A stretch of DNA of 64,000 nucleotides from Diadema antillarum (lineage: Eukaryota), in the NCBI RefSeq assembly GCF_040938485.1, contig NW_027270973.1:248001-312000 (forward strand), read 5' to 3'. Shown here piece after piece: positions 35,590 to 48,494 of the stretch. The first letter of the stretch is position 1. The number at the start of each line of letters is the position of its first letter. The position numbers were made by a program, and so were the translations under genes. A model generated the notes under the pieces. That model was given only the letters and a program-made list of their open reading frames with translations. It had not been told where the DNA came from and ran no database searches.

Positions 35590-36110
35590 TTTTTTTTATA
35601 CCTTGTACTTTGTGCTCGTCACTTCCGAAGGGTCCTATAGGGACTATAGCTGGAAGTATTTGTAACTCGGAGTGGACGGGAGTGAAGTTACAGTAATTAC
35701 ATGATTTGAATTAATTTTGAAGTGCAGATTTGAAGGTCGTGCTGCGTTTGATGTCCTCGGTATGCTGGGGGAGATCATTCCAGAGTTTCACGGCTTCAGG
35801 GAAAAGGATTCTGCGAATTGGAACACATTGGAACACAACAAACTGTTTGTTGTGTGTTCGCCTACTTCTTAAACTCTTCTTCTGAAGATAGTCTCCTGGT
35901 GGTAGATACAGTTCTGCGTTGAGTATCTTACGGAGTGTGGTTAGTCTTTGGATTAGCCGTCTTTTCTCTATGCATCTTGATTGCTTTGGTAGCAGTGTTA
36001 GACTGTTTACCTCATTTCAGATTGTTTTTGATGATGATTCCCAAATATTTGATCTCGAAACTTCTTCCAGGGGGCCACCCATTTGCTTAGTTTACCAGTG
36101 GTTGTGAGAG
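35590..36110 (-). mobile_element. decayed LINE 3' fragment (RT C-terminus, CR1/L2-type)
   Basis: The minus strand encodes EIKYLGIIIKNNLK*GK (~36030-36056) and FPEAVKLWNDLP (~35768-35803), and ends near an A-run at 35590. Confidence 0.7.
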
Positions 36111-36422
36111 TGAGTCTACTGTGAGAGCAAACTGTTGTTGATGCTTTATTCTTTTGGTTTTTTCTTTGTAGCAAAATAATCGATATGCCTGCGTAAGCGC
36201 AACATGCTATTGTCCTACGTCATGTGGTAAGAGCTGGTGAGCTCTTAAGATGTCTAAGTTATAGGACAATGTGGCGAAGAGGGTAGTTCCTCTTCATTAC
36301 AATTTTCAAGTACTTCTCATTCATTCAAATGTAAATTATGTCGCTGTCACAAGTTCATCATATATTTTTGATAAACAAAAAATTGAATAAATTCTTAAGT
36401 CGTTGAACTACCACATTCTGGC

Positions 36423-36592
36423 CAGTGATTGCATATTTGTCTCAGACACAGAATATATACCTGAATTTTATGCAAATACTAGTAAAATTAGTGATGATAG
36501 TATGTTTCGGGGTGGAAGGAAATGGGTTAAACTCCAGATCAATCCCGCGCAATACCAGTACTGCTGCAGGCAATGATGAATTAGGGACATTT
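36423..36592 (+). pseudogene. orphan duplicate of part of the CtIP large exon
   Basis: Aligns to 30473-30642 (DCIFVSDTE...GNGLNSR...STAAGNDELGTF) at roughly 80% with indels. Confidence 0.85.
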
Positions 36593-36701
36593 AGACGAGC
36601 AAGGAGTGGCAAACATTCACTAGACTTGCCACTTTCAGAAAGCAGGAATAATATTACCCTTGACATTATGTCATCTTAATGTTGTTTGTCAGCAGGCATT
36701 G

Positions 36702-36880
36702 CAGTGGACTCCCATTAAACGAAGTCTTTTAGGGCCCAGCATTTTTCTTTCATTATATCGAAATTTCGTTTTATAACTGAACAAATAAACAATAAAAGGC
36801 ATGGAGATGATAATGTTGCGGTCTGAATTTTTATTTCGTTGTAACGTTATAACCATGTTCGTTATAACGGGAGCGCACTG
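36702..36880. mobile_element. Tc1/mariner (Tigger/pogo-type) MITE
   Basis: TIR CAGTGGACTCCCATTAAACGAA vs TTCGTTATAACGGGAGCGCACTG, with TA on the right flank. Confidence 0.65.
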
Positions 36881-38080
36881 TATATGGGCCGTTTCTGTAA
36901 CGTGACTACAATTCATGGATATTTCACCTGCTCCCTCGAATTAATTTTCTGATGTAATATAGGATATATGTAGGGCTAGTCTCCGGCAAGCTTTCAGACA
37001 GTAACAAAGAATGCATTACATATTTTTAGTACATTACAAAAACGGTCTCTTTGACTAGACATTAAAGGCATTATTTACCGTTTGCAGATAAAACAAAAAC
37101 CCAGGTTTAATCAAAGTTAAATGGTGTTTTAAAATTGTCCTGAAATGTGCGTTAGGGATAGAAACAACGAATGTCTAAATTTTAATCAGTGTGGTCAATA
37201 TCAAGTATTGTTAAATACAAGTATGGTTTATTAAAAAAGTTATATCTCCAAAGATTTTACGCTTTAAAGCGTAAAATATTAGGAGATATACTATTTCAAT
37301 TTTGCTGCATGTAGGATGATTTGTGATACATCTGACCAAGACGTATACATCAAATATGATAACTCGATTTTTTTTAAAAGATCAGTACACCCGTTGATAA
37401 ACAGTACATTTACAACATGTAATAACAAAAAAATACCAAAAGTGTAGACGGTAGTCTCAGTAAACAATTTCGTAAAGTTCTGTTTCATTTAAAGTTATGC
37501 ATTATGAACCCGAAACGGGTATTTGATATCGAGAGTAAGGATAACTCTTTTCAATAATGAGGACAGAGGGTAATAGTTATCGTATGACCGTATGTCCTGT
37601 TTAAACATCAACTTCGGTTGTTGTTGTTGTTGTTGTTGTATTTTTTTGGCGTAGCATTCATATCTCGGTTTTTCAACTTTGGTTCTGCAACGTTCTATAC
37701 GACACTATGAAGTATCGAGTATGATTGTGATTGGCAGACGGACATTGACTGACAGACTCCGCGGGACACTCTTTAGGACTAAAGCGCCTAATGGCTACCT
37801 TGAATCACATCTAGTAAAACACCCTCATTGAAAGGGGACAGGTCCATTCATATCTCGAACAATAGCACGAACAAAGGCGGAAAGTGTGACCCGTGAATAG
37901 AGAGGAGAGGCGCGATGATTAAAGCTTACGCACCGCACGCGAGCTATCAGGCTATTGTTAGTCCATTGTTGTAGTAAGCAGTGTTTGACCTTTGCCGGCA
38001 GATTAATGACCATCCGTGACTTGTCAGAGGCTGCTGCTTTTGTTTAAAGTGAAATAGACTTACCGCCTCCTCCATCCCGT

Positions 38081-38110
38081 TAATCCCATTGGTTACACAG
38101 TCTGACCAAT
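38081..38110 (+). promoter_or_regulatory. gene 1 proximal promoter: Otx-type TAATCC plus inverted CCAAT pair
   Basis: TAATCC at 38081-38086, ATTGG at 38088-38092 and CCAAT at 38106-38110. A TCF-type AACAAAG lies at 37870-37876. Confidence 0.5.
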
Positions 38111-38282
38111 CAACTATTAACAACCATACACACAGCACAGATAGGAATTATAGCTTTCCATGAAATGAAAACTACGGACCGGAATCAATTGGGAATCACA
38201 AGCAATTTGTCTTCTTACCTGGCTGAACGATTACCCGTCACTGATCCCTCAAATATCTCCAAGGCTATAATCGCTATCCGAC

Positions 38283-39353
38283 ATGGCTGATTCGTCGCTC
38301 TCACTTCTGCTTCACGTCCCGATGTCTGCTCCTTCCAAGCGACCTCGTCCTCGACGTAAGACTAGGTTCACCGCATGGCAACTCGAGAGACTGAAGGCCG
38401 AGTTCGACATCGACCAATATCCCGACATCGTTTCCAGGAAGAAACTGGCTACTACACTGGGCCTGAATGAAGACAGAATACACGTAGGTTTCATTGTCAT
38501 CTTAAATATAGTATCTGGCATGAAAAGATGTAGTCGACCAATATTTAAGTTATTGATTAATTCAAATAATTTGAATTGACTTTTAAATGACACTACATAT
38601 CAATATTGCTGATAGTCACAGAGTTTCTTAATTTGAAATATCCAGTTTAATTTTGTCCAATGTACGCATAACATTGGGGGCAAACAAAACAACCTCTCAT
38701 TTAAAATTCTTCTTGCTTTAACTGAATGAATACTGATTCAGTTTTTATATAAATCAAGCAGTAATCGAAGATGTGTAATGTCTTAAGAGGCAGAATTGAT
38801 TAGGCTTTGCATGAGGATGATGACATCAGACTGTTGATTTGGGGGGCTTAGCTTAATCTTGATTTCATCATTTTCTTTCCAGGTCTGGTTTCAGAACCGT
38901 CGCTCACGTCATCGTCCATCCTCCCTCAAGTCCAACTCGCCTCCCATCGACAACCGTCTCGGTGTTGCAGAAAGTGAGACCCACTGTCTGCGTAAGAGGA
39001 AATGCTTTGCTACAAGCGACGCCATCGACCAAGAGAACACACCGCCGCCGAAGAAGTTCTCCATCAACGACTCACCGATGTCAATCGATTTCCTGTCTCG
39101 TAGCAGCCGATCACCGGGTTCCTGGTCAATCTCCAACATCAGCGACGAGCGTGACATCATGAGTTTCCAGCAGACGACATCTCATCGAAAGCAGCAGGGC
39201 GCCACCAATCCCTTGATGTCTGTAGACTTTCTCTCCCGAAGCAGCCGACCGACTTCTTCGTATCCATCGCCATACCGTGAAGGGAGTCTCTACCACAGCC
39301 CGTCGCCATTCTACATGTTTGGTCACCCCTACGCCTTCGTTGTACCGTTTTGA
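38283..39353 (+). CDS. PRD-class (Q50) homeobox gene, pmar1/micro1-like, gene 1, 223 aa
   Basis: Exons 38283-38483 and 38883-39353 (GT-AG, phase-0 intron between homeodomain codons 46/47, typical of PRD class). The homeodomain ends VWFQNRRSRHR. There are two eh1-like repeats, [11 protein letters not shown] and [11 protein letters not shown]. Confidence 0.92.
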
Positions 39354-39704
39354 ATGCTGTGATGCTGCTGAACTTTCGAAGGACTGACGTATCACCATTG
39401 GAGTCTCTATTACCGCAAAGTTATAGACCATCGCCATCCTATGTATCATTAATTTTGTTAACGATTTCAGTATTTATTAATAGTCAGGCCTTGTGGATTC
39501 TGGACATTCGTCTTGACGACCTGTTCTGTGACGTGGAGCCACGGTTTTGTTTGTGTTATCATAGTAACGCAGCTTTGAACAGAATTCTGAGTTATGATTG
39601 TAAATAAATGCACCTGTCTATTACCAAATCAATTTCTTTGAACAATACATGTGTGGGTGGATCAATTCGTATAAATAGTCGCTTGTGTGTGTATGTGTTT
39701 GTTC

Positions 39705-39745
<41 letters not shown>

Positions 39746-40034
39746 ATAATGCTTTATCTGTATAGAATGTGTGTGCATTTGATGTATTTTGTTTCTGTTT
39801 TGATTTGTTTTTTTTTTCAAATCAGTATTACACAAACTTGCAAACGGACTATGGTATGAAAAGGCGAATACATACAACATTCTCATGAACACGGACTTAT
39901 GGCACACACTCATATATTACTTATATATATATATATATATATGATTATATATATATATACATATAGCAAGAAGTAAGCGTGTTATTCCAATAATATCAAC
40001 AGAACTCAAATCAGTATGAACTTGAGTTCTGTTC

Positions 40035-40037
<3 letters not shown>

Positions 40038-40085
<48 letters not shown>

Positions 40086-40086
40086 T
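40038..40086. repeat. (TA)n microsatellite
   Basis: Visible directly. Other simple repeats: (CA)n 9244-9288, (CT)n ~27900-27970, (GT)n ~44408-44441, (AGT)n ~46840-46885 and ~58945-59000, (TATG)n ~61940-61984, (TA)n ~62082-62122. Confidence 0.9.
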
Positions 40087-41171
40087 GAGAGAGATAAAGA
40101 TTAAGTTTAAGGGAAGACCGAGAGATCAAAGAAAGCAAAATAATGAAGTGTTTAGTCTTCTCATGCTTGGAAAGGTCATAATATGACATTAAAAAGTGTC
40201 CTGTTATAGACCTCTACACGCTATACATTCGAACAAACACCAATCTCCACAAGGAAACGGACACACAAAATTATTTCTAAACGTTCACAACCCAAGCAAT
40301 GAAGTACGTCTATACAATAATATGGCATTATGATATGTCCATGCGTGAACAAAAAATACGCACATTCAGCTCGTTTTTCTTCAGACGGAAATCATTTCCT
40401 TGTTGTCAAACCAGAATGACTTGACGCTTTCTTACAAAACCGGAATCGATATCAAGTAGCAATTACATAATTTCAGACGACATTTTCCGTTTAAAACTAT
40501 ACAGATATTCTATCATATTGTTAATGGCGTTATAACTTAAGTGACACGTGCAGAATACGGATGAAGAGTTGCTGTAAAATTATTCTTTTTTTCTTGAATC
40601 ACAGTTAGTAGTACGAGGTGAAGTTGCCATTTCGTCTTCTTATTGTCAATGGTTGCTGGTTTGCTAATTAATTGACTTTTGTGCGTGACGACCTCATCAG
40701 TGTGTGCTCTGGGTGAAACACGTCTCATTTAATTTCATCATGAGGCTTTAATATGTTTTATTCACTTTTATCTGCACGTATATTTACATAATTATGAACT
40801 TTTCCCTTCCATTTATCAGATTTAAAAGTTTTCACTTCTTCTCATCTATATTCTCTCTCTTATCAAAAAGCAGGTTTATACATACAAGCTTACATACATG
40901 ATACAGTGATATAATCATATACATACCCAACCAAATGCATTATGGTATGCTTACATAGTGCGCACACCGATACTTAGGACCTAGAGGATTGAATCAACAT
41001 CAGTTTACTGTATAGTAGATAATGACCCATCCTCTCAGTATAGTAATTGAACGTAACCTATGTCTAGCACTATCAGAACAATTTAACTTAACTGATGGAA
41101 AGATAACACGATTGACATACTGTGGCCATGATTGACAGGGATACTTTACGCCAAAATAATCTTCGGCAAAA

Positions 41172-41308
41172 CTTTGATCTCAACTCTTTGATAGGATATA
41201 CCTTTCTTCTGTGTGGGTTGTTCAAACAACAAACTTAGTTCTATACCATCAGGTCTTAAATTTCTCGCATCCCATCATGAACAAAGGCAAACGTGGGATT
41301 AGGGATTA
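41172..41308. promoter_or_regulatory. candidate TCF + Otx enhancer
   Basis: CTTTGAT at 41172 and 41186, AACAAAG at 41280, and GGATTA at 41296 and 41303, all within 137 bp. Confidence 0.5.
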
Positions 41309-41511
41309 GGATCACAATAATGAAGTGCTCATTTAGGGTGAGAAGAAAGCCACTGTCTCAACGTATTGTTTTGTGCGTCGTTTCAATTGCCGCACACTTC
41401 TCATCCTGTCAGTTTAGAATGGAACTATATCAGCCAGTGGGAGAACATACCCATGTGACAGATCACTTATAATACGGAACTACGTCCCAATCTGTGCCGT
41501 TATTTAATCTC

Positions 41512-41880
41512 ATTGGTCATTTAATTTGACCAATCAGACTTGAATGGAAACTAATGAACTTCCCATCAAAATCACTTTTACGGTGAATCGAATTAAAAAA
41601 GAATCACTCGGCTTCACATGTCAAAAGTTCTCCTCTTATACTACATTAAGGGTCTATCCACTTTCCAACATGGGTTATTTATCACACTCTCTTCTCGATC
41701 ACTAAACTCTATGTAAGCTATCGATAGTTACAAAGAGATCAGTGTTCTCGATCATACTTCAAAGTCCGTTCCTACCATCTACACAGCGACATCGACGCTT
41801 GACTACGTTTAGCAAATTGCAGGTTGAGATTATTGTTAAAGTGAGCATCAAATCCAACATCGAATATTATTCACACATGC
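41512..41880 (+). pseudogene. decayed pmar1-like promoter + exon 1 relic
   Basis: ATTGG-N13-CCAAT at 41512-41534. GTCCGTTCCTACCA (41764-41777) is identical to exon 1 of genes 2 and 4. 41787-41828 encodes RHRRLTTFSKLQVE (cf. [14 protein letters not shown] of gene 5). It is frameshifted and has no exon 2. Confidence 0.7.
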
Positions 41881-43011
41881 GTATTATATCATTACACAAT
41901 GGTCGACAATAGCGGTGACCAGGTGCCCTGGGACCACAAAAAAAAAATGTTGGGCCACCAAAATTAAGAAAAACAAACAATAAAGAACATTAAACGAATC
42001 GGACATGAGTTAAATGTGATTTGACAATTCAATGTTTCTCGTATTTTTTAAAGGCAAAAGCGTCGATGATGATAGTACCCCATATAAATTATTTAAACTT
42101 CGAATCTATTCATTTTCTCTATTTTTTTCATTAGTGGCCGTGTGTGAAGTTGTATCTAATGACAATTTTACAGTGCCTTTTTGGTTTGATTTTGACTGCA
42201 TTTACTAGGGTCATCTTGAGCATGGGGGAGAATTTGGTTTTGCTTTTCAAAACGATTTTCAGAGATGAACTATTTGGTGATTAAGTCTGACTGTTAGCCA
42301 AATTTACCTTTACGTGCAAAATTGCTGATACTCTTAAACGAAATACCTCCACCTTCAAAAATTATATATTTGCTATTTACTGATAATTCTATTAAAACAA
42401 AAACAAACAGCAACGTGACACTGAATCAAATCACACTCTGTCTGTCTGTACTAATTCAAATACCATACCGGGATGGTATCTAGGATCTGCAAATAGAACC
42501 ATGTTCTGTAATAATCGACTGTACGACGAACGCAGGGTTTAATCTATTGTTCTTGTACTTCATTTGTTCCTTGTCGATCTTAGGAAGTTGGTATACTACA
42601 AGGGTATTGTTTGGTTTGTCGGCAGCGAACAGACAATCAGACCGCTAGTGAACAAAGGAAAAGTCATAGCTCTCTTGTAACAACGTGTAATTTGCGACAT
42701 GGATTAGGACACTCGCACTTCCCTTTGCATGGCTGAAGTCGGTGGGCATTCATGAAACTAAAACTTTACTTCAGTCGCTAATGCTGTCACGCCTATTGGT
42801 CGGTTTATTGGACCAATCAAACAACTTTGCTCGTTGAGGGCTTGTGAAAGTGGTGCTTGGCTTCTCCAATTCATAACCCACTTAATCACTGCAAGACTAC
42901 CAGCTACTTTGGTACTATCACCATACCTCATTCAGATTTTATTGAAGTAAAGTCGCACCTCTGAGGTTTTTCCTACAAACCGGCATCTTTACAAAACCAA
43001 TCCAATTCACT

Positions 43012-44063
43012 ATGTCTGGTCAATCGCTCTCGATTCTCTCTCAAGTCTCGACGTCCGTTCCTACCAAAGGCCTTCGTCGTCGACGTCCGACCGTGTTCAC
43101 CGAATGGCAGCTGGAGAAGCTGAAGGCTGAATTCGACATCGACCGATATCCCGACATCGTTTCTAGAGAGAAACTGGCTGCCTCACTCGGCCTCGATGAA
43201 GACAGAATACAAGTATGTAAAGTAGATGTATAAGATGTATAAAACAAATGATGAAGCAAAGTTGGTTATCTCTTTTAATACTGTTTCGATATTACGGAAT
43301 GTAGATTGATGGTTTCAAATCACAGTTATCACTTCACTGACTGCTATTACAATGCAATACCTGATATGAATCAAAATTTGGGACTCAAACACTCCTAGCA
43401 CAACAGCGAGAATATGAATGACCGAGGTTAAGAAGCACGTCCTTTATGTTTTCCTCGACATTTGATGACTTTTTTTTTCTGGCAGTAACATGTTACGTTT
43501 CATGTTTAAAAAAAAATGTTTATGCATGAAGCAAAATGCTAACGTCAGATTTGTTCTTTGTTTATCTTCAGGTCTGGTTCCAGAATCGCCGTTCACGCCT
43601 TCGTCGAGCTTCACTCAACTCCCTCTCTGCTCAACCAGACACCAGCGACAACCAGATCAACAGGCCAACCGACATCAAGGGAACAGAGTCTTCATCCACA
43701 GGAAAGCGTAAGCGATCAACGGAATGCGACGTCATCGACCAGGAGAACACACCGCCGCCCAAGAAGTCCGCCATCAACGACTCACCGATGTCAATCGATT
43801 TCCTGTCTCGTAGCAGCCGATCACCGGGTTCCTGGTCGACTTTCCGCATCAGCCAGGAGCGTGACATCATCAGTTTGCAGCAGACGACATCTCATCGAAA
43901 GCAGCAGGGCGCCACCAATCCCTTGATGTCTGTAGACTTTCTCTCCCGAAGCAGCCGACCGACTTCTTCATATCCATCGCAATACCGTGAAGGGAGTCTC
44001 TACCACAGCCCGTCGCCATTCTACGTGTTTGGTCATCCTTATGTCTTCGTCGTTCCACTCTGA
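43012..44063 (+). CDS. pmar1: pmar1/micro1-family PRD-class homeobox repressor, gene 2 (subtype A), 230 aa
   Basis: Exons 43012-43212 and 43572-44063. The homeodomain is RRRRPTVFT...[11 protein letters not shown]...EDRIQ|VWFQNRRSRLRRAS, followed by two MS(I/V)DFLSRSSR eh1-like repeats. The symbol is family-level; orthology was not tested. Confidence 0.92.
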
Positions 44064-44403
44064 ACGCTGTGATGCCGCCACACTCATAGGAGTGACTGAA
44101 ATGTGATATTTCATTTCTCATATTGAGAAGTGTATTGGATTCTCTGCCAGCAAACAATGATAGAAGACTAACATTCTTCCGACTTCAGAACTCCGTTCCT
44201 CTTTTCTGAGACACTCGAGATGATTCAGACTTGGATTCCACAACATTGCTTTGTTTCTTTGTCTTTAATGTTTGATAATAAACATTACCGTTTCACGTTA
44301 AGATTTCATTCATTTCATCTTATCTCATTCCTATGGTATTTTTTAGTATTGCATAAGTTTATATTTGTTCATGGTTGTTTGGTTGTATGAGTCTCTGTGT
44401 ATG

Positions 44404-44445
<42 letters not shown>

Positions 44446-46898
44446 TGTAAACAAAGTAACAAAATTATTACTTGAATGCATGTGTGCTTGCATGTATGCA
44501 GTTATTGTACGTTTCATTCTTTTGTTGTTACAGTCACTGACAGGGAGATAAGGATAAAATCAATGCTCGCTGGTATTCGTGCATGATTGAAATTAGGTCT
44601 TAACTTCACAAATAACTTGATGAATTGGAGATAGGGATTAGAATTTTAGACAACTTTCGGGTCAACAACGAAGTGATGTAAACGGAATCTGGTATGGCAG
44701 AGAAATGCAAGGAATAATATTGATAGAATATACAGATGGTAAAAATTGACCAGTTTGATAGCAAGAAGACGTAGCTGCCTGCTCCATACGATATTGACGA
44801 ACATATGCACAACACATGCACACACAACACACAACACACAACACACAAACGTACACACACACACTCAAACAAACAAACATACAATCATTAACAAAAATAA
44901 AATCAAGCAATGATAAAAAAATACCATAGACATGTGCGCACACACAGTGGAATTGAAAATCACAAGAGGCACATGTCTACATTATTATTTTCACATCGCA
45001 TTGTATCAAACTCCTCAGATTCGTACTTAACAGTTTACATTGCCCAGCACAACTTATCAGATTAAATTCAATTCTAATGTAGGGTAATTAAAATGTAAAG
45101 AATTCGAAATTGAATAAAAAGTCAAATGATAAAATATTGAATATCAGCGCTCAATTCATGAAGTATAGGATGTACTCTGAACATTGTATTCTAACTTGGA
45201 TCAATGTTAGTAAGCGTACTTGCATGAGTTGAGCGAACTCATGAAGAACTAAACAAGTTTGCTTAGATATCAACCATGGTGAAACAGAGAACTTTAAGAT
45301 AATCATGTCTGTACTCTATTTGACTTATAAAAGAAGGACACTAAATTCCGGGCCAAATAACCGTTACATTAAGATCGAATAAATCAGAAAGTTGAAGATA
45401 TGTAAAAACGAAAATGTTTTAACGAAACAGGGATATGATTACTCTCGCAATAGAACATAAGAATGTATCTGGGAGATAACTTATCACTTCAGGATTCTCC
45501 CACTACCTTATGTATGAAATCATAACAAGAGCGCTCTTCCTGTCTAAAATTGAGCAGAATCGTGTTTTCTCAAAGATACAGTCCTGAAACAACTTGATGC
45601 GAAAGACACAAGTACTTGAAGCAGACATCGTCACCGAGTCCTGGTTTACTTATTACTTTTATTACTTAGTAATGGTTATCACTATTTGAGCTGTAGTAGA
45701 TAAGGAAGCAAGACCTTAATGTTAATGATGTTCATTAGCAAATCGGTAACCAGTGCAGATCTCTCAGTGGTAGATAGGCTGTGATGAAATAGAATTGGGA
45801 AAAATCAACGTTTAAGACTGATGAAATAATTATGGCACATAGATTGAATGTGAGTAAATTGTTTTGGTAACTTCCACACAAGATTTGGAAACACACATCA
45901 CTTGAGATGCCATTTTAACGAATTCAGTGATGTAGCGCTCTATCCATTTTCTAATTTTTCTTTCCATCCCCTTTCTTTCGATCAAGAAAGGATAGAGTAT
46001 GGGGTAGTTCCCAAACTGTGATCACTGTCACGTTAACATTCAGCACGCCTTGTGATCCACGAGCTCAACTAGAGCCGGATCTTCTTCAGATGCAATTTTT
46101 GAAAGCTCGCTTCCCTACTATACTCTGCCGACAAAGTAGCTGAACAGGAGCACAAGTCGAAGGTTAAGCGAATAGGCATATTACCGATTCCTTTGAAGGG
46201 ATCCAGATCAGGGGCAGTGGCTTTAAGAAGCACGACTTTTTATTGTTGATACTAAATTGTCATTAAAACTCTGATGGCTTCAAAAGAACTCGGTGCGTAT
46301 AGAATGTGTCGGGTGGCGACATGTCTATTCAGCCTGTCACTGCCTGTCGCTTGAATAGAGCGTTCAATGTTCTCATAGAACCGCTATTGATTCGGTATCG
46401 CCTTTAAACTACAATGGCATTCTGCCGCTACACTGTCTCTAACGAGATGAAAGTAAACCGCCTCGTTGGGTCACTCAATTAATCCCTTTTGAAAGTTGTA
46501 CAATGGAGGATTTCAATCTATGTCGGACCCTTGCACTTCTATATCGGCCAGTCCGCATCCTGTCAATCATACGTCTCACGCCAACCTATGGGGTTGATAA
46601 TATCACATCACAGCGGCACCACGAAATGTCACTGGATATACCTTAAGGCAGCCTGTATAAGCGTATAATAACGATGCTAACAACAGTGATGATTACCATG
46701 ATCAAATTATGATTATTCGTACTAATAATATCATCTTATTTTATAGCACAATTGTTATTACAATGTATAACCATTACTGTCGTATTAGTATCAGTATTGC
46801 GTAGTATTAACGGCGTAATAGTACTTGTATTTTACAGTATAGTAGTAGTAGTAGTAGTAGCAGCAGCAGCAGTAGTAGCAGTAGTGGTATCAACGTAG

Positions 46899-47921
46899 GC
46901 CTATCTAGTATAATTATAATCATCATCGTCTTCGCAGTCATACACGTGTATACGCGCAAAACGTCAGACACTTTGGACAATGTGACATGTTTTAAGCAAA
47001 CGCACGAAAATAAGACTCATATTGATTAAACGCAAGAATTGAAATAGCCTCAGTTTGTTTGTTTGTTTATTTTCTATCTGAGAAGATGGCTGGATAAAAT
47101 ATATTCAGCTATGCTAAGCTGGTCTTCCATGGGGTTCAGTTGGATGTGAGATGGGACCACTTCACCGCTTTAGCATCCTGCTCTTTGCGATGAATGAAAG
47201 AAGCGGGATCTTTTACTTGCATGAGTTTTGACTCTCATACACATGGGACCTCCATTTATTTTCTATGTCCAATCCGTGGGACAGAGTGTTTTGCCTCTTG
47301 CTAGAGGGGACGGTATGATTACACACAACATTGCTCAGTCCAGACTCGGGTTCGAACCCGAGTCGCTTGGGTCGGAGGTAGAAGCGCTACCGACTGAGCC
47401 GACTGAGCCTACCGACTGAGCCTATCTAGTATAATTATAATCATCATCGTCTTCGCAGTCATACACGTGTATACGCGCAAAACGTCAGACACTTTGGACA
47501 ATGTGACATGTTTTAAGCAAACGCACGAAAATAAGACTCATATTGATTAAACGCAAGAATTGAAATAGCCTCAGTTTGTTTGTTTGTTTATTTTCTATCT
47601 GAGAAGATGGCTGGATAAAATATATTCAGCTATGCTAAGCTGGTCTTCCATGGGGTTCAGTTGGATGTGAGATGGGACCACTTCACCGCTTTAGCATCCT
47701 GCTCTTTGCGATGAATGAAAGAAGCGGGATCTTTTACTTGCATGAGTTTTGACTCTCATACACATGGGACCTCCATTTATTTTCTATGTCCAATCCGTGG
47801 GACAGAGTGTTTTGCCTCTTGCTAGAGGGGACGGTATGATTACACACAACATTGCTCAGTCCAGACTCGGGTTCGAACCCGAGTCGCTTGGGTCGGAGGT
47901 AGAAGCGCTACCGACTGAGCC
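46899..47921. repeat. perfect 521-bp tandem duplication
   Basis: GCCTATCTAGTA starts at 46899 and 47420, and the two copies appear identical. The junction has short re-copied GACTGAGCC pieces. Confidence 0.92.
47054..47400 (-). mobile_element. tRNA-derived SINE (copy lacking the extreme 5' end)
   Basis: It has an (AAAC)n tail and the B box GTTCGAACC, and is identical to 47575-47921. Confidence 0.85.
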
Positions 47922-47931
47922 AACTCACCGT
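47575..47931 (-). mobile_element. full-length tRNA-derived SINE (~357 bp)
   Basis: Minus strand: A box TGGCTCAGTCGG, B box GGGTTCGAACCC and an AAATA(AAC)n-like tail. It is flanked by CCTCAG/CTTCAG. The paralogous site at ~59180 (GCCTCAG|CATGAC) is empty. Confidence 0.88.
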
Positions 47932-48494
47932 CTTCAGCATGACAATTGAGCCAGTTTACTTGTTTTCCGAAATCGTGAACAAATATATAGACAGTAATAT
48001 CTGAATGAATTGACAAGTCACCATTGTCTTTACGAGTATGTTGGATGAAACGACAGATTTGCAATCAAAATTAGTGATCAGTGGTAAAGACAAATAAAGG
48101 AATATCCGTTCGGAAGTATCATTACGTCTTCAGTTTACATTCACTATAGTCTAAGATGTAGACATGGGATCCTAAAGTTTAGAAGTTTCAAATTCGTGTG
48201 CCCTTTTGCATATGCAACCATGTTAATTAAGTACCTTTCATAAACTGGAACATTGTTGACTATAATGTAGAGGTATAGGCATTAGGAATTTAAAACCCTA
48301 TGCAGTCCACATATGGATATATATATATATATATGCAAACAATCAAACAAGTAACCAAACAAACAAACTAACCCTCAATTTGAACACAGTGGTGTACACT
48401 CATTCACTACACCCACTGACAGGAGTACACAGGACCCACTGACAGGAATACATAGGACCACTTACACGTGTATGACACAAGACACACACGTCTA

